From assembly GCA_963933105.1 (NCBI GenBank), contig CAWVRW010000009.1, positions 4,154 to 68,153 on the forward strand: 64,000 nucleotides of DNA, written 5' to 3'. Under the pieces are notes generated by a model. That model saw only the letters and a program-made list of their open reading frames with translations, ran no database searches and had not been told where the DNA came from. The DNA comes from an uncultured Formosa sp. GTDB lineage: Bacteria; Bacteroidota; Bacteroidia; Flavobacteriales; Flavobacteriaceae. Of the stretch, positions 57,047 through 64,000 are shown one piece after another. Position numbers and translations under genes: made by a program. The first letter of the stretch is position 1; every line of letters starts with the position of its first letter.

Positions 57047-57970
57047 TTAGTTTCTGTTTAAAGGAAGGGTTGAACAACGGAGTAAACCTCCTTGTTTTGA
57101 TATTTCGGCATAAGGCACTTCTTCAACGGTAAATCCTTGGGCAACAAGCCAAGTATTTAGGCGTGTAAAATTTTGTTCGGATATCACAACATCTTCAGAT
57201 ATAGAAAATACGTTGCAATTCATTTGGGTCATTTCTTGTTGAGTTGCAACAAAAACGTTGTCTTTTCCAAAAAAATCAAGGAGCCACTCGTAATCTGTTT
57301 TATTTAAAAATCCTTGATCGTGAATCAGGGCTTTTCCGTGTCCTAAGGGTTGAAAACAACAATCTAAATGGAGTGCGTTTTCAAGTGGGTTTGAATTTGA
57401 TTTGCGAAGCTCAAAAGTTTTAACCGTTTTTAGTGGAAATAGTTTTTGAATTGCTTCTGCTGCCTGAAGGTTGGTTCGGGCTGTAATGTGGTCTGGATAA
57501 TCGAGTCCTGAATAGACTCCAATAAAGATATAATCATTAGATACAACAACATCACCACCTTCAACGTGACAGTCTTCTGGCAGTTCTATGATATCCTCTG
57601 GATTGAATTTCTTTAAAAGTATTTCTAATGCTTCGTATTCTTCAGCACGATCAGGAAGTATATTGGATTTAATAAATTTCGTATCGATCACAAAGGCAAT
57701 ATCACGTGCAAATATTTGATTGCAATTTGCGATAATGCTTGGTCGAAAAACTTCAACCTCATATTTTTGAAATACGGCTAGTACAGCCGACATTTCATTC
57801 TGCATATCTGCTTCGGTCGGGTAAGTGCCGGCTAAGACATGAGATAAACTGTTGGGATCGTAACAACTTTCTGCGGAGGGCGTTGGCCCATTGTTTTGAG
57901 CCGTTCCAAAAAGAACCGCTTTCAAACGCGCATACTCGTTATTTACTTGAAGTTTTAGCATTTTTTTCAA
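57047..57970 (-). CDS. Amidinotransferase/DDAH-family protein (second guanidino-modifying enzyme)
   Basis: 307 aa with C-terminal QGGLLRCSTLPL (catalytic Cys context) and HLDCCFQP. Confidence 0.65.
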   Translation of the reverse strand: MKKMLKLQVNNEYARLKAVLFGTAQNNGPTPSAESCYDPNSLSHVLAGTYPTEADMQNEMSAVLAVFQKYEVEVFRPSIIANCNQIFARDIAFVIDTKFIKSNILPDRAEEYEALEILLKKFNPEDIIELPEDCHVEGGDVVVSNDYIFIGVYSGLDYPDHITARTNLQAAEAIQKLFPLKTVKTFELRKSNSNPLENALHLDCCFQPLGHGKALIHDQGFLNKTDYEWLLDFFGKDNVFVATQQEMTQMNCNVFSISEDVVISEQNFTRLNTWLVAQGFTVEEVPYAEISKQGGLLRCSTLPLNRN

Positions 57971-57983
57971 TCCTTTAGTAGGT

Positions 57984-59267
57984 TTATTTAGCTACAGACT
58001 TAAACGGACGCAATGTACTTCCTGTATAAATTTGACGTGGACGACCGATTGGTTCTTTACGCAAACGCATTTCGCGCCATTGCCCGATCCAACCTGGAAG
58101 GCGTCCTAAGGCAAACATGACGGTAAACATTTCTACAGGGATGCCCATCGCACGGTAGATAATTCCAGAGTAAAAATCGACGTTTGGATATAATTTTCTA
58201 TCTATGAAATATGCATCTGTTAGGGCTTCTTTTTCGAGTCCTTTAGCGATATCTAAAATAGGGTCTTCGACTCCTAAATCGTTTAAAACTTCATCGGCAG
58301 TGACTTTGATGATTTTAGCTCGTGGATCGAAATTTTTGTAGACTCTATGTCCAAAGCCCATTAATCTAAAAGGATCGCTTTTGTCTTTGGCTTTTGCCAT
58401 GTATTTTTTAGTATCTCCACCATCTTCTTTAATGGCTTCCAACATTTCTAAAACGGCTTGGTTTGCACCTCCATGAAGAGGTCCCCAAAGCGCCGAAATT
58501 CCTGCTGAAATAGAGGCAAATAAACCTGCATGTGAAGATCCAACGATTCGAACGGTAGAGGTCGAACAGTTTTGCTCATGATCAGCATGAAGGATGAGTA
58601 GTTTGTTTAAGGCATTGACTAATACTTCATTTTGAACGTATTCTTCGTTAGGTTGCTTGAACATCATTTTCAGGACGTTTTCTACATATCCTAAAGAGTT
58701 GTCTCCGTAATCTAATGGCAGTCCTTGTTTTTTACGCATGGCCCAAGCCACTAAAACAGGGAATTTCCCTAATATACGTACGACAGAATTGTACATGTCC
58801 TTTTCAGAATCTACATTCACTGATGTAGGATTGAAAGCTGTCAACGCACTTGTCAATGACGACAAGACTCCCATTGGGTGTGCCGATTTTGGAAATGCAT
58901 CTATTATTTTTCTGATATCGTCATCTACAATAGATTCCGATTTGATGTCTGCATGAAATTTGTCTAACGCATCTTTTGTTGGCAATTCGCCAAAAATCAA
59001 TAGGTATGCAACTTCTAAAAAATCAGCTTTTTCAGCTAATTCTTCAATGGAATAGCCTCTGTATCTAAGGATTCCTTTTTCACCATCTAAGAATGTAATC
59101 TCACTAACACAAGAACCTGTGTTTTTAAAACCCGGATCAATGGTAGTAACTCCTTTGGTGACTGCTCTCAAGGAGCTGATATCAATAGCGAGTTCATTTT
59201 CTGATCCCGTAAATGTGGGGAGTTCATGTTTTTCACCGTTGATTTCTAAAATTGCTTTATTTGACAT
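57984..59267 (-). CDS. gltA: Citrate synthase (type II)
   Basis: GFGHRVYKNFDPRA signature and HADHEQNCSTSTVR. Confidence 0.95.
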   Translation of the reverse strand: MSNKAILEINGEKHELPTFTGSENELAIDISSLRAVTKGVTTIDPGFKNTGSCVSEITFLDGEKGILRYRGYSIEELAEKADFLEVAYLLIFGELPTKDALDKFHADIKSESIVDDDIRKIIDAFPKSAHPMGVLSSLTSALTAFNPTSVNVDSEKDMYNSVVRILGKFPVLVAWAMRKKQGLPLDYGDNSLGYVENVLKMMFKQPNEEYVQNEVLVNALNKLLILHADHEQNCSTSTVRIVGSSHAGLFASISAGISALWGPLHGGANQAVLEMLEAIKEDGGDTKKYMAKAKDKSDPFRLMGFGHRVYKNFDPRAKIIKVTADEVLNDLGVEDPILDIAKGLEKEALTDAYFIDRKLYPNVDFYSGIIYRAMGIPVEMFTVMFALGRLPGWIGQWREMRLRKEPIGRPRQIYTGSTLRPFKSVAK

Positions 59268-59433
59268 TTTTTGAGATGTATTATATGTGCTTGAATAATG
59301 AGTAGCGAATTTACAAAAAAAAAATGTTTTATCGAAGAAGCCTAAGAGGGAAAGTCTTCGTGTTATTATGATTGAACAAATATTGTATTATAGTGCAATT
59401 ATAGTTGTGTTTAGTTCTTTAACTAAATCGCAT

Positions 59434-59460
59434 AAAAAAAGACTGCCTTTTCGGGCAGCC
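59434..59460 (-). terminator. Rho-independent terminator after eno
   Basis: The minus-strand RNA reads ggcugcc-cgaaaa-ggcaguc followed by seven U, 27 nt past the eno stop. Confidence 0.75.
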
Positions 59461-59486
59461 TTTATATCTATTTAAAAGTAAGTTGT

Positions 59487-60794
<1,308 letters not shown>

Positions 60795-60932
60795 TTATTT
60801 ATAGTTTACAAATTTACGAAAATGAAATTTTTTATAATTATTCTCGAGTGGATTTATACGAATTATTAGCTAAAACGTTGTAGTAGATTAAAAAAGGCAT
60901 CAAATTTAATGTTTGATACCTTTAAAAAGTTA

Positions 60933-62030
60933 TTATTTTAAATTTTGAATGAACTGGTCAAACAAATAAGAAGAATCGTGTGGTCCTGGACTGGCTTCTG
61001 GATGGTATTGTACAGAGAAACAGTTTTTGGACTTCATAGCAATTCCTGCAACGGTGTCATCATTTAAATGGAGATGTGTCACTTCTAAGTCCGAATGGGC
61101 TTCTGCTTCTTGTCTGTTGACTGCAAAACCATGATTTTGGGAGGTGATTTCACCTTTGCCTGTCACGAGGTTTTTAACAGGATGGTTGATCCCTCTGTGT
61201 CCATTGTGCATTTTGTAGGTAGAAACCCCATTTGCCAAGGCAATCACTTGGTGTCCTAAGCAAATCCCGAATAAGGGTAAGTTTTTGTCGATGATGGTTT
61301 TTGCCAAAGCTTGGGCTTCTACCAAAGGTTCTGGATCTCCAGGCCCATTGGATAAGAAGTAACCATCAGGGTTCCACGCACTCAATTCTTCAAAGGTTGA
61401 GTTGAATGGAAATACTTTTATATAGACGTCGCGTTTGGCGAAATTGCGTAATATGTTTTTCTTGACTCCAATATCAAGGGCTGCGATTTTGTAAGTTGCA
61501 TTTTCATCTCCAAAATAGTAGGGTTTTTTGGTGGATACTTTGGATGCTAACTCCAAACCTTCCATTTGTGGAATTTCTGCAAGTTGTTTTTTTAGACCTT
61601 CAACATCATCTACTTCAGTAGAGATGACGGCATTCATGGCTCCGTTTTCACGAATGTAGCTTACGAGAGCTCTGGTATCTACATCTGAAATTGCAAATAA
61701 ATCATTTGAGTCTAAAAAGTCAACAAGCGAACCACTCGCATCGACACGTGAATAGTTATAGCTAAAGTTTTTACATATAAGCCCCGCAATTTTAATGGAA
61801 TCAGATTCCATTTCTTCATCGTTAACTCCGTAGTTTCCAATGTGAGGATTGGTCGTCACCATCAGTTGTCCGAAGTAAGAAGGGTCTGTAAATATTTCTT
61901 GGTAGCCTGTCATTCCGGTATTAAAGCAAACTTCTCCAAAAGCAGTACCTTCCTTGCCTATTGCTTTTCCATAAAAAATTGTTCCATCTGCAAGAAGTAG
62001 GACGGCTTTTTTTCGTGTTGTATATTTCAT
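60933..62030 (-). CDS. carA: Carbamoyl-phosphate synthase small (glutaminase) subunit; start trimmed to ATG 62030
   Basis: GICLGHQ holds the catalytic Cys; HGFAV and YHPEASPGPHD are also present. The track start at 62069 would run into the upstream terminator. Confidence 0.92.
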   Translation of the reverse strand: MKYTTRKKAVLLLADGTIFYGKAIGKEGTAFGEVCFNTGMTGYQEIFTDPSYFGQLMVTTNPHIGNYGVNDEEMESDSIKIAGLICKNFSYNYSRVDASGSLVDFLDSNDLFAISDVDTRALVSYIRENGAMNAVISTEVDDVEGLKKQLAEIPQMEGLELASKVSTKKPYYFGDENATYKIAALDIGVKKNILRNFAKRDVYIKVFPFNSTFEELSAWNPDGYFLSNGPGDPEPLVEAQALAKTIIDKNLPLFGICLGHQVIALANGVSTYKMHNGHRGINHPVKNLVTGKGEITSQNHGFAVNRQEAEAHSDLEVTHLHLNDDTVAGIAMKSKNCFSVQYHPEASPGPHDSSYLFDQFIQNLK

Positions 62031-62067
62031 TGTTTTCGAAGTCTTGTAAGGTTTTACAAAATTGCAC

Positions 62068-62100
62068 AAAAAAAAGGATAAACTAAAAAAGTTTATCCTT
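62068..62100 (-). terminator. Rho-independent terminator after the 62129-62812 gene
   Basis: aaggataaac-taaaaaa-gtttatcctt; on the minus strand a U-run follows. Confidence 0.7.
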
Positions 62101-62128
62101 TAAATTTTAAATGCTTATTAACATTTCA

Positions 62129-62812
62129 TTATTTATTGAAATTTTGGAAAATTTTTATGATATCCTTTTCTTTTGAAAAGGATAATCTATTTTCAGAGGC
62201 ATAACTAGATACTTCATCTCGTCTTTCTGAGAGTAATTTGAGGATTGTATTCTTTTTTAATTTGAATTCAATAGGATCTGCTCCGTTAATGGAAATAAAA
62301 TATTTAGAGAAAATCTCTAACTTATCTGGCTTTACTTTAACTAAAGTCATCGGGTTAACACGCCCCTTAGTGATTCTAGAATAATAAGATTTAAATAACG
62401 TATAATTAATTCCTTCCGTTAAAAAAAGATAAAATCGATCTGGGATAGTATTAGCGGAAAATCTTTTCATTTTTAAATCATTAAAAATAGCATAGTCTAT
62501 TTTATTGCTGTCAAAAGAGAAAACAGAGTCAATACTCATTTTGACGACAATTTGATCGGTTTGAGAATTATAATTACCATTTATAAAACTATATAGCTTT
62601 GAGGAGTTCTTAGGCTTTAAAATGAATTTCGAAGATTCTATATCTGAAAATACCAGAGGAGAACCTTTAATTATCTTATTAGATGTAGGTTTATTAATTA
62701 TCCAAAGCCCTGTATTATTAAGTGTTTCTGGATTACCAATGGTGGTAACATCATACTGCGCATAAGACAGTGTAGTGAATAAACAAAGGAGAAGAAGTTT
62801 AGAAAAATTCAT
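62129..62812 (-). CDS. Hypothetical secreted protein (start trimmed to ATG 62812)
   Basis: Signal peptide MNFSKLLLLCLFTTLSYAQ. I recognise no motif. It is bracketed by two terminators. Confidence 0.55.
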   Translation of the reverse strand: MNFSKLLLLCLFTTLSYAQYDVTTIGNPETLNNTGLWIINKPTSNKIIKGSPLVFSDIESSKFILKPKNSSKLYSFINGNYNSQTDQIVVKMSIDSVFSFDSNKIDYAIFNDLKMKRFSANTIPDRFYLFLTEGINYTLFKSYYSRITKGRVNPMTLVKVKPDKLEIFSKYFISINGADPIEFKLKKNTILKLLSERRDEVSSYASENRLSFSKEKDIIKIFQNFNK

Positions 62813-62843
62813 AATGTTAAAATTTGGGTTATACAATTTTAAC

Positions 62844-62873
62844 AAAAAAAGGGTGAACTAAAAAGTTCACCCT
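62844..62873 (-). terminator. Rho-independent terminator after rplQ
   Basis: gggtgaac-taaaaa-gttcaccc; on the minus strand seven U follow. Confidence 0.7.
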
Positions 62874-62898
62874 TGTTATTTTAACATAAACTTAACGT

Positions 62899-63375
62899 TT
62901 ACTCTTCTTCTTCTGAAGTTGTAGTCGTTTCAACAGCAGCTACTGGCTTAGCAGCGCCTCCTCTACGGCTTCTACGAGTTGTCTTTTTCTTAGGTTGTTT
63001 GTCAGCATTGTAAATTTCATTGAAATCTACTAATTCGATCATTGCCATATCCGCATTATCACCAAGACGATTTCCTAGTTTGATAATTCGAGTATAACCT
63101 CCTGGACGGTCTCCAATTTTAGCTGCGACACCACCAAATAATTCAGTGATCGATTCTTTTTGTCTTAGTCTGCTAAATACAATACGACGGTTGTGAGTTG
63201 TATCGGTTTTAGACTTTGTAATTAAAGGCTCAACAAATTGCTTTAAAGCTTTTGCTTTAGCAACAGTTGTATTGATACGCTTGTGTTCGATTAAAGAACA
63301 GGCCATGTTTGCTAACATTGACTTTCTGTGCGCCGTTTTTCTACCTAAATGATTTATTTTTTTTCCGTGTCTCAT
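62899..63375 (-). CDS. rplQ: 50S ribosomal protein L17
   Basis: [24 protein letters not shown] is the canonical L17 N-terminus. It lies downstream of rpoA. Confidence 0.97.
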   Translation of the reverse strand: MRHGKKINHLGRKTAHRKSMLANMACSLIEHKRINTTVAKAKALKQFVEPLITKSKTDTTHNRRIVFSRLRQKESITELFGGVAAKIGDRPGGYTRIIKLGNRLGDNADMAMIELVDFNEIYNADKQPKKKTTRRSRRGGAAKPVAAVETTTTSEEEE

Positions 63376-63436
63376 GACATTTTATTTAAACCTTATCTTG
63401 CATCAACTCGTTTAAGAGGCGCAAATTATAAAGTAA

Positions 63437-64000
63437 TTAATCTTTATCTAATTTGTATTTGCTTAAGTCCATTCCAAAGCTAAGGCCTTTTACATTGACT
63501 AACTCTTCAAGTTCAGTTAATGATTTTTTACCAAAGTTTCTAAACTTCATTAAATCGTTTTTGTTGAAAGATACTAGGTCACCTAGAGTATCAACTTCTG
63601 CAGCTTTTAAACAGTTAAGAGCACGAACTGAAAGGTCCATGTCAATTAATTTAGTTTTAAGCAACTGACGCATGTGTAGTGATTCTTCATCATATGTTTC
63701 AGTTTGTGCAATCTCATCCGCTTCTAAAGTGATACGCTCATCGGAGAATAACATGAAGTGGTGGATTAATATTTTTGCTGCTTGTGTTAATGCATCTTGA
63801 GGACTGATAGAACCGTCTGTCTGGATTTCGAAAACTAGTTTTTCGTAATCTGTTTTTTGCTCTACACGAAAATTCTCAACGCTGTATTTAACATTTTTGA
63901 TTGGTGTGTAGATAGAATCTGTAAAGATTGTCCCTACAGATGCAGCTGCTTTTTTATTTTCTTCAGCAGGTACATATCCACGTCCTTTTTCTAAAGTCAA
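63437..64000 (-). CDS. rpoA: DNA-directed RNA polymerase alpha subunit, C-terminal part (5' end beyond the window)
   Basis: The alpha-CTD helix-hairpin-helix is present: [22 protein letters not shown]...[11 protein letters not shown]. The apparent M at 64000 is a window-edge artefact (TTG codon). Confidence 0.93.
   Translation of the reverse strand: MTLEKGRGYVPAEENKKAAASVGTIFTDSIYTPIKNVKYSVENFRVEQKTDYEKLVFEIQTDGSISPQDALTQAAKILIHHFMLFSDERITLEADEIAQTETYDEESLHMRQLLKTKLIDMDLSVRALNCLKAAEVDTLGDLVSFNKNDLMKFRNFGKKSLTELEELVNVKGLSFGMDLSKYKLDKD

Overview
This window looks like a low-GC marine Flavobacteriia (Bacteroidota) chromosome segment. The evidence is SusC/SusD genes, T9SS C-terminal sorting domains, a murF-less dcw cluster and a TAnnTTTG-type -7 box. 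All calls rest on motif recognition by eye; no HMM, BLAST or folding was run, so family assignments are provisional.

There are four blocks:

1. **Polysaccharide utilization locus, 1-15787.** A divergent HTCS-type regulator (3'-truncated by the window edge) is followed by SusC, SusD and a PKD/CBM surface lipoprotein. Next come two tandem paralogous clan-GH-A-like glycoside hydrolases of uncertain CAZy family; the second carries an extra N-terminal module and a T9SS tail. The block ends with an SGNH hydrolase, a stand-alone T9SS protein that copies that N-terminal module, and an alpha/beta esterase.

2. **Convergent minus-strand operon, 15784-26505.** It encodes an S1 sulfatase, FucP, a GH29 fucosidase and what reads as a complete non-phosphorylative L-fucose (or L-galactose) pathway. 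The dehydratase is UxaA-type and the operon ends with an LldD-like lactate dehydrogenase.

3. **Recombinase module, 26849-30224.** This ~3.4 kb module holds a large serine recombinase, a MerR-like HTH protein and three small unknown proteins. It sits against tRNA-Arg(UCG), and the recombinase ORF ends antisense inside the tRNA gene. I could not find the left boundary.

4. **Core genome, 30259-64000.** It contains a GatB/YqeY-domain gene and the full dcw cluster from ftsZ to mraZ, with a three-box MraZ operator. Housekeeping genes follow: engB, pafA-like phosphatase, MlaEF-like ABC transporter, a manC-like guanylyltransferase gene, argS, two guanidino-modifying enzymes, gltA, eno, carA, rplQ and a partial rpoA.

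The most interesting parts are the unassigned GH pair, the shared N-terminal module, and the recombinase module at the tRNA.
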